A stretch of DNA of 64,000 nucleotides from Acidobacteriota bacterium (GCA_963666055.2 CAXWPH010000005.1:93758-157757), one strand, 5' to 3'. Counted from the stretch's first letter, positions 9,427-20,378 are shown. Notes: generated by a model from the letters alone, not told the origin. Made by a program: numbers and translations.

Positions 9427-11390
9427 GAGCACGCTCGCTCGTGGCCGTGAGGCCAGTCCTCTTGCCCGCCTTGATCGCGTTCCTATGCGCCGCCGCCTTC
9501 TCGCCTGCGATCCCCATCATCGATGCGGCGCGCCGGGGAGACGTCGATGCCGTTGGCGCGCTCTTGGAGAGCGGTGCCGACGTGAACGCCGCGCAGGGCG
9601 ACGGCATGACCGCATTGCACTGGGCGGCAGAACGCGGCCAGGCGATCGTTGCCGAGCAGCTGATCTCGGCGTCCGCCGACGTCAGCGCCAGGACACGCAT
9701 CGGTAGCTACACGCCGCTGCATCTGGCGGCTCGCAGTGGGCATGGTTCGATAGTCCACCTGTTGCTCGAGGCTGGTAGCGACCCCGGAGCGGCCACTACG
9801 AACAGCGGCGTAACCCCCCTGCACCTCGCCGCTGCAGCGAGCGGTGGCGCCGACGCCGTCGCCGCGCTCCTGGCTCACGGTGCCGACCCCAATGCCCTGG
9901 AATGGTCGGCCGGCCAGAGCCCGTTGATGTTTGCGGCCGGATCCAATCGTGCCGAGGCCGTGCGGGTGCTCCTCGAGGGCGGTGCAGATCAGGCGATCAG
10001 CACGGAGGTCGTCGACGTCCTGCGGCGCCTGGCAATGGACCGCGAGGCAACACGGCGCTTTCAGGAGATGCTCGATGAGCCGGGAGCCGCCACGGACGGG
10101 TTCGCGCCGGCAGCTGACGCGGCCACCGCGTCCGGGAAGCCGAGCCCCGCCCAGGTGCGCGCCGCTGTCGGCGTCCAGCGGGAGTTCCTGCGGTCGGGAC
10201 ACGATGTCGAGGAGGTCGACCCGTACTCCCTGGCGAGGGTGCGTCCCGACTATCCCGGCGGCCCGGATATTGCGCGGCCTCCTTGGCGGGAGACCCTGGT
10301 GAGGATGACCGGAGGCATGACGGCGCTGCTGCACGCGGTCCGGGAAGGTCACATCGACGCCGCCGTCGCGCTGCTGGACGGCGGTGCGGACGTGAACCAG
10401 CCAAGCGGGGGAGATCGAACCAGCCCGCTGCTGATGGCGACGCTCAACGGTCAGTTCGACCTGGCGCTGATTCTCCTCGAGGCGGGCGCCGACCCTGACC
10501 TGGCCGCTTCCACCGACGGAGCCACGCCCCTGTTCGCCGTCCTGCAAACACAGTGGGCCCCGAGGTCGATCTATCCGCAGCCCCGGGCCCAGGATCAACA
10601 GCCGGCCGGGTACCGAGAAGTGCTGGAGGCCCTGCTCGAGGCCGACGCTGATCCGAACGTCCGGCTGACGACCCACCTGTGGTACTGGGAGTACGGGGTA
10701 ATGAAGATGGGGCTCGATCTGACCGGCGCGACGCCCTTCTGGCGCGCTGCGTTCGCCCAGGATCTCGAGGCCATGAAGCTGCTGGTGGCGCATGGCGCGG
10801 ATCCAAACATCCCGACTCGCTGGCCGGCGATCGGGATGCGCGAGAGACGGCAGCAGGACGGGCGATTGCAGGAGGACTCAGGCCTCCCGCAGATTCCTGA
10901 GGGGGCGCCGAACGCCTATCCGATCCATGCAGCGGCGGGCGGTGGATATCTCGGGCTCGGTGCCTTCAGCGTACAGAGCGTGCCGGACCAGTTTCTCCCG
11001 GCAGTGAAGTACCTGGTTGAAGAGCATGGTGCCGACGTGAACCTCCCCGACTCCTGGCTCTACACGCCGATGCACTACGCCGCATCGCGCGGCGACAACG
11101 AGCTTATCGAGTACCTCGTGGCGCAGGGCAGCGACGTGACCGTACTCACACGATTGGGACAGTCGACCGCCGACATGGCGCGCGGCGGGCAGGCTGGCTT
11201 CTTCAAGCGCGCGGCGTACCCCGAGACGGTCGAATTACTCACCACCCTGGGCTCGACCCTCGAGTGCCTCAACACGCATTTCCTCGGCACCGGAGATGTC
11301 TGCGAGCGCGCCGGCGCCAACGACCCGTGGGCGCCGCCTGCGGACGGTGACGAGTCTGCGCCATCGGGGAGCCCACAGACACCGCGTTAG
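9423..11390 (+). CDS. Secreted ankyrin repeat protein
   Basis: Signal peptide and many GxT(A/P)LH repeats; ATGA overlap with the upstream gene. Confidence 0.9.
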   Translation: MRARSLVAVRPVLLPALIAFLCAAAFSPAIPIIDAARRGDVDAVGALLESGADVNAAQGDGMTALHWAAERGQAIVAEQLISASADVSARTRIGSYTPLHLAARSGHGSIVHLLLEAGSDPGAATTNSGVTPLHLAAAASGGADAVAALLAHGADPNALEWSAGQSPLMFAAGSNRAEAVRVLLEGGADQAISTEVVDVLRRLAMDREATRRFQEMLDEPGAATDGFAPAADAATASGKPSPAQVRAAVGVQREFLRSGHDVEEVDPYSLARVRPDYPGGPDIARPPWRETLVRMTGGMTALLHAVREGHIDAAVALLDGGADVNQPSGGDRTSPLLMATLNGQFDLALILLEAGADPDLAASTDGATPLFAVLQTQWAPRSIYPQPRAQDQQPAGYREVLEALLEADADPNVRLTTHLWYWEYGVMKMGLDLTGATPFWRAAFAQDLEAMKLLVAHGADPNIPTRWPAIGMRERRQQDGRLQEDSGLPQIPEGAPNAYPIHAAAGGGYLGLGAFSVQSVPDQFLPAVKYLVEEHGADVNLPDSWLYTPMHYAASRGDNELIEYLVAQGSDVTVLTRLGQSTADMARGGQAGFFKRAAYPETVELLTTLGSTLECLNTHFLGTGDVCERAGANDPWAPPADGDESAPSGSPQTPR

Positions 11391-11444
11391 CGCGGGGAGC
11401 TGCGACGGCACACGGCTACCCCGCTAGCCACTCAGGGAGAGGCC

Positions 11445-12599
11445 ATGAGGACTCGTTGCGCTCCGCTCGTCGTGGTGTGTGCCTTCGTGGCGGTCTTGCC
11501 CGCCTGCGTGGACGAAGACCCGGTTCCACCGCTTGCGGATTCGAACGAAGCGATTACCAAGGGCGGCGACGACAGGACGGGGCATTACGACGTCGCGGAA
11601 GGTTGGTGGAAGGCTGCACCTGACCACGACGACGAGTGGTCGTGGGGGCAAGTGGCGGGCGTCGCGGTGGACCACTCCGACCGGATCATCGTGGTGACGC
11701 GCGGCGACTGGCCGGCGGACCGAGCGCAGCCCAGGGAGGGGCGGCTGCGCCGCACCAACTTCATCGTCGTCGCCGATGGAAACGGCAACATCGTCGAGCA
11801 GTGGAGCCAGTGGGACTCGATCTTGACCCTGCCGCATCAGGTCTACATCAGCCCCTACGATCCGGAGCGACACGTCTGGGTCATCGACAGCGGCGGCGCT
11901 GACGGCCACCACCAGGTCTTGAAGTTCAGCAACGATGGCAGCGAGCTGGTGATGCAGCTCGGCGAGCGCGACCACCCCAAGACTCGCGAGGCGGCCCGCG
12001 CACGGTTCGACTGGGGTCCGCATACCTATGGCTGGCCGTCGAAGCTCGCCTTCCTCCCCGACGGCAGCTTCTTGCTGGCCGACGGGTACTGGAACTCACG
12101 CATCCTCAAGTACACCGAGAATGGCGAGTTGGTGATGCAGTGGGGAGCGCTGGGAAACGGCCCGGGCGAATTCGATCTGCTCCACGGTCTCGCCGTCGAT
12201 GAGGATCGCGTCTATGTTGGCGACCGGCAGAACCAGCGCATCCAGGTGTTCACCCACGAGGGCGAGTTCATCGAGGAATGGCCGAACATCTTCGATCCGG
12301 TCAACATCTGGGTCGACGAGAGCCATGCGGTGTAGGTGATCGACGCGAGCTTGAACCGGGTTCTCAAGTACAGCCGCGAAGGTGAGCTCCAGTACCACTG
12401 GGGGACCTATGGCCAGGCAGCTGCGCTGGGGCGGGCGACCTGGCCGGGCGGCCTGTCACGTCCGCATCAGCTCGACTTGGATGCGGACGGCAACCTTTAC
12501 ATTGCCTCCTACACCGGCGGCTGGGTGAACAAGTTCATCCCGAAGCCGGATGCCGATCCGAGCAAGCTCCTCGGCAGGCGGCTGCTGCTCTTGAACTAG
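11445..12599 (+). pseudogene. NHL-repeat / PAL-like beta-propeller lipoprotein with an in-frame TAG at 12333-12335
   Basis: LPAC lipobox, ADGYWNSRI and GDRQNQRIQVF; reading continues in frame as HAV*VIDASLNRVLKYS to TAG 12599. Confidence 0.75.
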
Positions 12600-12657
12600 G
12601 CGGGTTACTTCAATCCTGTCGCCGAGGTTGAGGGCAACCCATGTTTGGGCGGGCGCG

Positions 12658-12684
12658 TGACCCGGCCCCCCAAACGGATCCAGA
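12658..12684. mobile_element. Solo IS3-family terminal repeat
   Basis: TGACCCGGCCCCCCAAACGGATCCAGA is a near copy of the IS end at 19471. Confidence 0.6.
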
Positions 12685-12906
12685 TAGGCGAGCCCCTGCA
12701 ATAGCGGCGATCCGTCCGCCCGGCGCGTTCTGACACTTTCCCTACAACTTCCGAACAACCTCGTTGCAGCTTGCTTGCTGGGCCCCCACCCCTATTTACC
12801 GGCCGGAGCATACCTTCTCTCCGCAGGTTGATAGCTGGCTCTGAGCGCCGCGCAGACAACGCGGCGGGCATCCTGACGCTGGGCACCCAGAAAGAGGGAC
12901 ATAGAC

Positions 12907-13908
12907 ATGAAGCGACCAAAACGGCACAACCAAATCCTGTGTCTCCTCATTAGTGCTGCGGTAATGATGGCCTTCCTCCCGGCTGGTAACCGGCAAGAGT
13001 CCGGCTATCAAAACCTGCGGGTGCTGCCGCCAGATATCGAGCCCGACAAACTCGGCGACATCATGCTGAACAGCTTGCTCGGGCTCGGCCTGCCAAGGCG
13101 CGACGGCGAAGGATGCTTGTACTGCCACGTCGGCGACCTGAATATGACGCGCGACACCTGGGACTCTGCTTCCGACGCCAAAGTACAGAAGCGCAAAGCA
13201 CGCACGATGATGGCGATGGTGGCGTCGATCAACGACCACCTGGCGGCGCTAGAGGCACCCATCGATGCCAGTGTGCGAGTTGGCTGTGCCACTTGCCACG
13301 CCGGGCGCACCGATCCGCGTCCGCTGCCGGGCGTGCTGATGTCGACCTATGAGGAGTCCGGCATCGAGGCAACGATCGAGCGTTACGAGCGCCTACGGGA
13401 GCGCTACTTTGGTGGCGACGCCTACGACTTTCGTCCGCCGGTGCTGGCGCGTTTGGCCGAACAGATCGCCGCGACCAACGCCTTCGCCGACGCCATCGCA
13501 CTGGCGAATGCCAACCTCGAGGTTTATCCGGAAGACGGCACCGCCAACCGCACGGTGTTGGTATTGCGACTTCATGAGGCCTACGCCGACGGCAGTGTGG
13601 AGTCGGCTCTTACCCTCGCCGACGAGCTTGCAACAGGCGACGAGGCGGCGTAGTTTACGTACCATACACTCGACTCATTCGGCTGGTCGATCTTTCACCA
13701 GCGCGGCGACGAAGTCGAGGCGGTCGCCATTTTCCGCAGCAACCTCGAGCGCTTTCCGGACGAGTACATCCCACACGAAAGCCTGGCCGACGGCATGATC
13801 TTCACTGGCGAACCGAAGGCGGGAGGGGCATTGTACGAGAGCTGGCTCGAGAGGTACCCGGATCACGAGATCGCCCGCCGTCGGCTCCGGTCATTCAGGA
13901 GACAGTAG
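12907..13908 (+). pseudogene. Diheme c-type cytochrome (reaction-centre-cytochrome-like) with a TPR-like tail, in-frame TAG at 13651-13653
   Basis: CLYCH and CATCH; after the TAG the frame stays open for 84 codons (FTYHTLDSFGW...AIFRSNLERFPD..HESLAD) to TAG 13908. Confidence 0.7.
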
Positions 13909-13950
13909 CCCGGGGTCCAATTGTCCGGCGGCGCAGCCAACCGGGCCTAG

Positions 13951-14116
13951 CAGGCCGTGGTGAAAGTGTGGTGTAACCCTTCGGGCGACACGGGGTTGCG
14001 CGCGTATGCTGCGTCGTTCCTCGTCAACGATGGGGTAACCATCGCCTCCTCCTCTCTCCTTGCCTGCGCCTCGCAAGGCCCTGTCGCCAGGCCCACCACA
14101 CTTTCACCACGGCCTG
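13951..14116. mobile_element. MITE, 166 bp, with CTAG target duplication
   Basis: Perfect 23-bp terminal inverted repeat CAGGCCGTGGTGAAAGTGTGGTG; CTAG at 13947-13950 and 14117-14120. Confidence 0.8.
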
Positions 14117-16484
14117 CTAGTTGGCGTCGAGCGCTGTCAACGGATCGATACGCGCGGTGCGTAGCGCTGTCGGAACGATCGCTAACACAGCCGTGCCGAC
14201 GATGATCGCGGCCACCGCGGCAAACACACGAACGTCGGTCGCGCTGACCTCGTAGAGCATGCTCGCCACCACGCGGCCGAGACCGAGGGCACCAACCAGC
14301 CCGAAGCCGAGGCCGATCAGCACCGGTGTCACACTGCCACGAAAAATCAATCTGACGATGCGGGATGCGTCTGCCCCCAACGCCATGCGCACGCCGAGCT
14401 CCGGGATCCGCTGTGACGCCGTGAAGCCGACCACTCCATAGATCCCAACGGCACCCAACAAGAGCCCGGCAACGGCAAAGAAGCCGACCAAGAAGGCCCG
14501 CACGCGCGCGCCCGCCACGGAGGCGTGCCGATCGCTCGATAGTTGGCGCACGTCGGCGATCGCCTGCTCGGGATCGATGCGTTGCACGGCCGTGCGCACC
14601 GCTTGCGTCAACGCCAGCTCATCGCCGCCGGCGGCCCGCACGATGACCGAGGCTTCCGACCTCGATAAGCGGATTTGGCCAAACGGCACGTACATGGTCG
14701 GGCTAGGCGGCTGCGTCAAGTTCACGTGTCGGACATCGCTGACCACGCCCACGATGGTGATCGCCGGCCGGCTTTGTCCGGAGGTGTAGCGGAATCGCTG
14801 ACCGACCGGGTCCAGGCCTTCGAGGTACTCGGTCACGTATGCCTGATTGACGAGCGCCACGGGCGGCGCAGCCGCCGTATCGGTCTCAACGAGCCAGCGG
14901 CCGCCCAGCAGACGCATGCCCAAGGCCTCACCGTAGTTCGCCGAGACGCCCTCGAGAAGCGTCGGCGGGCCACTGTTCGCTGCCACCGGCTCGCGCCCTT
15001 CGACCCGCGAAGGGAAGTAGAGGCTCGAACCACGAAGCGGCAGGCCAGTGGTAAAGCCGACGGCTTCGACTCCTGGGACGGTTACGAGCTCGCTCTCCAG
15101 TTGGCGCATCATCATCCCGAGTCGTGCCGGGTCGATTACACCTGGCTGGGTGGGGTCGCTGTACTTGCTTGCTGCGAACGTCATGTCGAATGCCAGCGTT
15201 GATGAAGCGTCGAACCCGGCGTCGATGTTGTCGATGCTGGCGAGCGTGAGCAGCATCAGCGTGGCACCAACCAGCAGCACGAACACGAGCGCGGTCTCGG
15301 CGGCGGTGAGAGTCTGCTGGGCCCACGTGGCGCGGCGGCTACCGCGGCTGCGGCTTCCTGCTTCTCGAACAGCTGCCTCGAGGGGTAATCGCCAGAAGCG
15401 CCACGCGGGCAAGAGCGCCGCACCGCAACCGGCGAGAACGGCCGCCGCCAGCCCAAACACCACAACGCCGAGATCCAGCTGAATATCAGCGGCACGCGGA
15501 ATCGCGCCCAGCGGACCGGCAACTCCCCAACGCAGCGCGCTCCAACCGAGCAGCAGGCCGAGCAAGCCACCGGCGAGCCCGAGCATGGCGCCCTCCAGGG
15601 TGAGCATGCGCGCGACCCGCCCGCGGCTAGCCCCCAGTGCCACGCGTAGCGAGAGCTCGCGCCGTCGAGCGCTGACGCGCGCCAGCATCAGATTGGCGAC
15701 ATTCACCGCACCAACCAGGATCAGAAAGAGCGCCGCCGCAAAGATCAGATACACGCTCGAGGCTACGGACCCGGTCATGGCGGTCTGCAGTGGCCGGACA
15801 TGGGCACCCCAACCGTGGTGCCAGTCGGGATCCTCCACCGCCAGTCGCGCCGTGATGGCTTCCAGCTCCCGGCTGGCCGAGTCGGCAAGCGCTTCAGTTC
15901 GTAGCCGGCCGAAGACCCTCAGCCAGTGGTATTTGTAGCTCGCCATGCCAGGCTGCGCCGGCGCCGTATCGAGAACTCCGGCGATCCAGAACTGCTGCCG
16001 GCCCGGGAACCGAAGGTCGAAGCTCGGTGGCATGACGCCAACAACGCGATGCGACGCTCCGTCGAGCCGGATCGTGGCGCCGATCAGGCCCGGATCGGCG
16101 CCGAAGCGTGATGACCACAAGGCGTGGTCGAGGATGATGCTCGGCACCGTCGCATCGCCGCGGTCGGAGTCGTCGAACGTACGCCCGAAGGACGGACTGA
16201 CACCGAGCGCACGGAAGAAGTTCTTGGTAACGATCGCACCGTCGATGCGCTCCGGCCGCTCCGGCGTCGCCAAATTTCGGCGCACGCCGCGGCTGCCGGC
16301 CAACTCCGAGAAACTGCTGTTGCCGTCGCGCCATGCCGCGAAGACTACTGGCGAAACACTGACGTCGCGATAGTGCTGAATGGTTTCCGACACCGCCATG
16401 AGCTCAGCCGGCTTCTCATAGTCGAGCGGACGAAGCAGGACCCCGCTGACGACGCCGAAGACGCCCGTACTGGCCCCCAAACCG
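14117..16484 (-). pseudogene. ADOP-type ABC permease (MacB-PCD/FtsX duplicated), 3' part, interrupted by the integrative element
   Basis: GLGASTGVFGVVSGVLLRPL, NVANLMLAR..RRRELSLRVALGA, GIYGVV...ELGVRMALGA and ARIDPLTAL; N-terminus lies at 30552-30899. Confidence 0.9.
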
Positions 16485-16492
16485 TCCGCCAT
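16478..16492. repeat. Left att junction: core CAAACCG plus inner arm TCCGCCAT
   Basis: The same 7-mer is at 30552-30558; the arm is an inverted copy (7/8) of ATGGCAGA at 30544-30551. Confidence 0.85.
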
Positions 16493-16557
16493 AGTAATAC
16501 AACGAAAGTATTTGTTCACAATAGTTTACAGGAACTTCTAGTGGACTATCACCTCAC

Positions 16558-16588
16558 TATTCCCACCATTAAGTCTGGGAATAAAGCG
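16558..16588. repeat. Probable integrase arm-type site (left)
   Basis: TATTCCCA-CCATTAAGTC-TGGGAATA-AAGCG; a similar copy is at 30411-30440. Confidence 0.6.
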
Positions 16589-17297
16589 AACTTCTCCGGA
16601 CCTTTGGGGAGCCCTGAACACACCGAGCGCCGAGGCCACAATCGCACCCGGGGCTGCAACTTCACCACGCATCGCTGCCTCTGATTGCCCTATCTTCGGG
16701 TCGCTAGCACAGGGAGCCGACCTTCACCGGCGCGCCCGAGCCGTACCCTTCACCCGTCCTGCTCCTCCAGGTGCCCAGGGCACTGCCTGGTCCCATAGCG
16801 CCTCCAGGGCTTCGGTGTCGCCGGCAGCGCGGGCGCGTACGAGCGCTGCCAGGAGTGCCCCATCCATCCGGAACACGTCTGTGCCATAGAGAGGCTCCGG
16901 CGGCGCCCGCGCGCGCGCGCACGCGAGGCTCCAGGCCCGACGAAGTAGCACCCTGTTAAAAACATCGGCGGATCACGGATCGGCGGATCATCGTTTCGCG
17001 GATCAGGCTCGGGGACGACGGCCCAAGTACTCCGAACGGCAGCAACGCAATATCGTCGCGCGCTTCCATAACTGGAATCGGGAAGACACCGGCGGCGACT
17101 GTTGCGTGTGCGGTTGCGATATCGGCCCCGCTCGCTCCATTGCCCGGACTTGCTCCCCGAGGTGCAGAACGCAACTGCACCGGATGCGCGCGAGGTATAG
17201 CCCGCCATGATTACCGATGCGTTTGTGTGGCTCGTGATTTTCCTGATTGGCTGCGCAATCTCTATGTCCGGCGAGTAGCTAACACTCCGCGGCCCCC

Positions 17298-17321
17298 GGG
17301 GGGGGGGGGGGGGGGGGGGGG
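17298..17321. repeat. G24 homopolymer
   Basis: 24 consecutive G; may be a sequencing artefact. Confidence 0.9.
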
Positions 17322-17535
17322 CGACGGCATGCATGCTGCGCCGGTACCAGGTCGGTGGCCCTCCAGCCGCGGTGAGCTCCACTGCCTGATCGGTCACGGA
17401 CAGCACACGCCGCAATGCGGCGCGCCCACCCGCCATGCGGCACACAACCAGCTGGCCTCTCTTCATGCAGCACGATAAGAGCTTAAGCTAGGAAGTCTCG
17501 GGTGAACCCCTAACCTACTGACGAGAGACAAGGTA

Positions 17536-18126
17536 ATGGCTATCAGCAAGGCCGTTCGTGACGGACTCCAAGCAGAACAGGCGAGCGTTGCGGATGAGAT
17601 GGCTCAGCTTGAGGCACGGCTGCAGTGGCTGACAACACGACAGACCGCCCTCCGCTTAATCCTGGAACAAGAGGCAGCACCTCCGGAACAAAAGGCCCCG
17701 CCGGACACCGGATTACGTCGACTCGGTGTTCGTGATGGGGTTCGAGCGGTACTCAAGGAAGCTGGGGCGCTGAAACCTGCCCAGGTTACGCGGAGTCTGC
17801 GCGATCGTGGCTATCAGTTCAAAGGAAAGACGAAGCCGGGTGCGCGTGTCGGACAGGAGCTTTGGGCGATGGCCAAGTCGGGCACGCTGAGCAAGAACTC
17901 CGCTGGAGAGTACTTCTTGCCCGGTGAGGAACAAGACGAACCGGACACGGCTGCGCCACCACCGCCCAGCTCCGATGAGGATGCCTTAGCCGTTGTCCGG
18001 AACGAATCAGCCGGCGCAGGTGCGGACAGCGGTACCGAGGCAGTAAGGGTCAGGAGCATCGAGTTGACGGTCTTGAGGTCGGTGCCGGTGAGTTCCACCT
18101 CCATTCGAGCCGTCACTGCCGGGTGA
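17536..18126 (+). CDS. Hypothetical coiled-coil plus winged-helix (HARE-HTH-like) protein
   Basis: N-terminal heptad helix, then VRDGVRAVLKEAG..KPAQVTRSLRDRGY...GEYFL; SD-like AAGGT; C-terminal tail is doubtful. Confidence 0.5.
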   Translation: MAISKAVRDGLQAEQASVADEMAQLEARLQWLTTRQTALRLILEQEAAPPEQKAPPDTGLRRLGVRDGVRAVLKEAGALKPAQVTRSLRDRGYQFKGKTKPGARVGQELWAMAKSGTLSKNSAGEYFLPGEEQDEPDTAAPPPPSSDEDALAVVRNESAGAGADSGTEAVRVRSIELTVLRSVPVSSTSIRAVTAG

Positions 18127-18323
18127 TGGACCTTAGCCCCTTCGGCGGCGCTCAGGGTCCGGTGGCGTTTGTCTTTCACGACGGCGGCACGATGCCGCTC
18201 GATCTTTCCTTTCACTTCCTCGACGCCGATGGCGGTTCCGAAGTTACCCCGGAACTGTGCGCCGCCGAGACCGGTGGCCGCGTCCATGCATCTGCTCGAA
18301 GTCCGCGAGCGAGAAGCCGGCCT

Positions 18324-18379
18324 TAGGTTCAGGACCTAGTGGGCTTCGGCCCGTGGGGGTTCAAGTCCATCCTTGGGCA
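18324..18379 (+). pseudogene. 3' fragment of tRNA-Leu(CAG), an att remnant
   Basis: TAGG-TTCAGGA-CCTAG anticodon arm, long variable arm GGGCTTCGGCCC, T arm GGGGGTTCAAGTCCATC and acceptor strand CTTGGGCA; 5' half and D arm are absent. Confidence 0.8.
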
Positions 18380-18413
18380 CTCGGTGTAACCACTTATAAA
18401 ATAAGAAGATACC

Positions 18414-18445
18414 AAGGGGAACCGAGCATTACGTTCGGTCCCCTT
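18414..18445. terminator. Terminator-like hairpin after the tRNA fragment
   Basis: AAGGGGAACCGA-GCATTACGT-TCGGTCCCCTT. Confidence 0.45.
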
Positions 18446-18659
18446 CCGCCGCTTTAGCGGCGAGAGTTAACAAACAGTTAACAAAACGGTCGCGAATGCG
18501 TCGGCAGCGGTAGTAATGATGCCGGTTGCCGACGGGGACATCGTACGCTCGATGCAGTGGGCCGACATGGCATAACAAGTTCCTTATCAAGCTTTGCCGA
18601 CTCTCTCGGCATCATCAAGAACCACCAGGCTAGATCATGCCCGCGAACTTCCGCCGCCA

Positions 18660-18847
18660 TGCGTACAAACGTCTGCGGGCTCACTCCCATCTTCCGGCAG
18701 ATCTAGCGCACCGGCGTCCCCGCCTCCGCGCGTACGCGATCTGCTCGTCCGTGTCCCTCTTCTTCTTCATCGATCCTCCCTGTTCGAGGACCACGTTACT
18801 CCGATTCCGTCAACCTCCAGCTGGACCAGTTCTCGGGGTTTGGGTCA
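18660..18847 (-). mobile_element. Degenerate IS3-family left end with orfA remnant
   Basis: TGACCCAAACCCCGAGAACTGGTCCAG end, GGAGG-ATGAAGAAG start, and frameshifted EQIAYA..AEAGTPV..ICRKMGVSPQTF. Confidence 0.7.
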
Positions 18848-18947
18848 CGACTCGGCCTGCAGTCATGTCCGCCCAGCCTCACTCTGCACCCCGGCGCGCC
18901 TTCCTCACTTCTATCTGGCGCCCGCAGCCCACATATCCCCGTAATCC

Positions 18948-19470
18948 CTACGCGGCCTCGTAGGTGATCGAGAAGATCGTGTCCGTCAGCCACCGGCGGA
19001 ACGACTCGTTGTCGCTGAACTGCTTGAACAGCTCCGTGTCGTCTTTCAGCAACGCCGTCATCACCCGCCGGAGCGCCTTGTCGTGCTCGATCCGCGCGTT
19101 CTGCTTGTCGGAGTTCTGCTTGGCGTTCTGGTAAGCACTGTCGGCCGCCACGCGGTTCGGGATGTCCTCCGTGATGAGTCGGTGGACGCGGTCGCTATCG
19201 GTCCAGGGGATGTTCCCGAACTGGTCGTTGAAGGTCTTGAGGATGTTCGAGAGGCAGTCGAGTTCGGGTTCCGGCCTGTGACCAGCGCCGGTACCCGGCA
19301 CCGGCTTGATCTCGGCGTCCTCGTCCATCAGTTGGACCTGTCTCGCTGCCTTCTTCTCGACCCGGTAGCTGTCCATGTCGATGAGCTCAAGAATGCCTTG
19401 GGACAGATCCTCTTGCACCGGTGCGGGGAGCTTCGGCACCAGGAAGTTCAGGAAGATAGAGAGCTTCTCC
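18948..19470 (-). pseudogene. hsdR: Type I restriction subunit R, C-terminal fragment truncated by IS3
   Basis: EKLSIFLNFLVPKLP..IDMDSYRVEK..LSNILKTFNDQFGNI..NARIEHDKAL..ELFKQFSDNESF; the fragment ends exactly at the IS tip at 19471. Confidence 0.75.
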
Positions 19471-20128
19471 TGACCTGACCCCCCAAAACGGATCCAGAGG
19501 TAATCTCACGATCTGGGTCGAAAAGGGGAGGTCAGAATGCCGACGAAGAGGCACAGCGCCGAGCAGATCGTGCGCAAGCTCCGGGAGGCTGAAGTGGAGC
19601 TGGCGCAAGGCGGGACGGTCAAGGATGCCTGCCGCAAGCTAGCGATCACCGAGCACACCTACTATCGGTGGCGGCGGGAGTACGGGGGGCTGAAGGTCAA
19701 CCAGGCCAGAAGGCTCAAGCAGCTGGAGAAAGAAAACGCCCGGCTCAAGAAGCTGCTGGCGGAAAAGGAGCTCGACCTGTCGATCCTCAAAGAGGTGGCG
19801 GAGGGAAACTTCTGAGCCCGGCACGGCGGCGTGAGGCAGTCCTACACGCGTGCCGCAAGGTGGGCGTTTCTGAGCGCCGGGCCTGCTGGGTGCTAAAGCA
19901 ACCGCGCACGAGGCAGCGGTAGGTACCGAAACCGCCAGTCGACGAGCACGTCTTGAGCGAGAGGATCATCCAGCTGGCGCGGCAATACGGCCGTCACGGA
20001 TACCGGAGGGTCACGGCGTTGCTATGTATGGTCGGCCCTTTCGCCTGCTGAAGATCGTCGACGAGTACACGCGCAAATGGCTGGCGATCGATGTGGAGCG
20101 AAAGCTGAGCTCCGAAAGCGTGTTGTGA
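19471..20128 (+). mobile_element. Defective IS3-family element (IS407-like)
   Basis: Left end at 19471, intact orfA, GGGAAAC slippery site at 19803, orfB with TAG at 19920 and an internal deletion before FRLLKIVDEYTR. Confidence 0.88.
19537..19815 (+). CDS. IS3 transposase OrfA
   Basis: KRHSAEQIVRKLREAE...TYYRWRREYGG...LEKENARLKKLLAE. Confidence 0.9.
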   Translation: MPTKRHSAEQIVRKLREAEVELAQGGTVKDACRKLAITEHTYYRWRREYGGLKVNQARRLKQLEKENARLKKLLAEKELDLSILKEVAEGNF

Positions 20129-20378
20129 GGGCGTCCGCCATCACTGAGGTGGGGTGCTTTTCCGCCTGCATGTCGGCAAGCTCCTTTATGGCCTTCAGGT
20201 CGCCGTGGAGAATCGGTGTCGCTCGTCACCGTCTAGAGTCCTCGTCGTCGGCACGCATCGGAAACAGCCGAGCGCGGAGGCCCGCGTTATTGCCTTCTCT
20301 GGCATTGGGAAACAATCCAGGCAGCCTCTATGCTCCAAGGTTGCTCACCAAGTTCGGTCGTTCCGGAGGATGCGCCGG

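Noticed and set aside
11445-13908. Genome-wide TAG reassignment
   Set aside because: TAG terminates many evidently complete genes (7983, 11390, 14117, 42813, 57482)
17298-17321. G24 tract as a phase-variation or G-quadruplex element
   Set aside because: It is not within a credible gene, and long poly-G runs are a common sequencing artefact; reads are needed
16620-17470. Short ORFs at the left end of the element
   Set aside because: Overlapping frames with no recognisable family or clear starts; left unannotated
18290-18385. Functional tRNA-Leu gene
   Set aside because: No 5' acceptor strand or D arm, and a mismatch in the T stem
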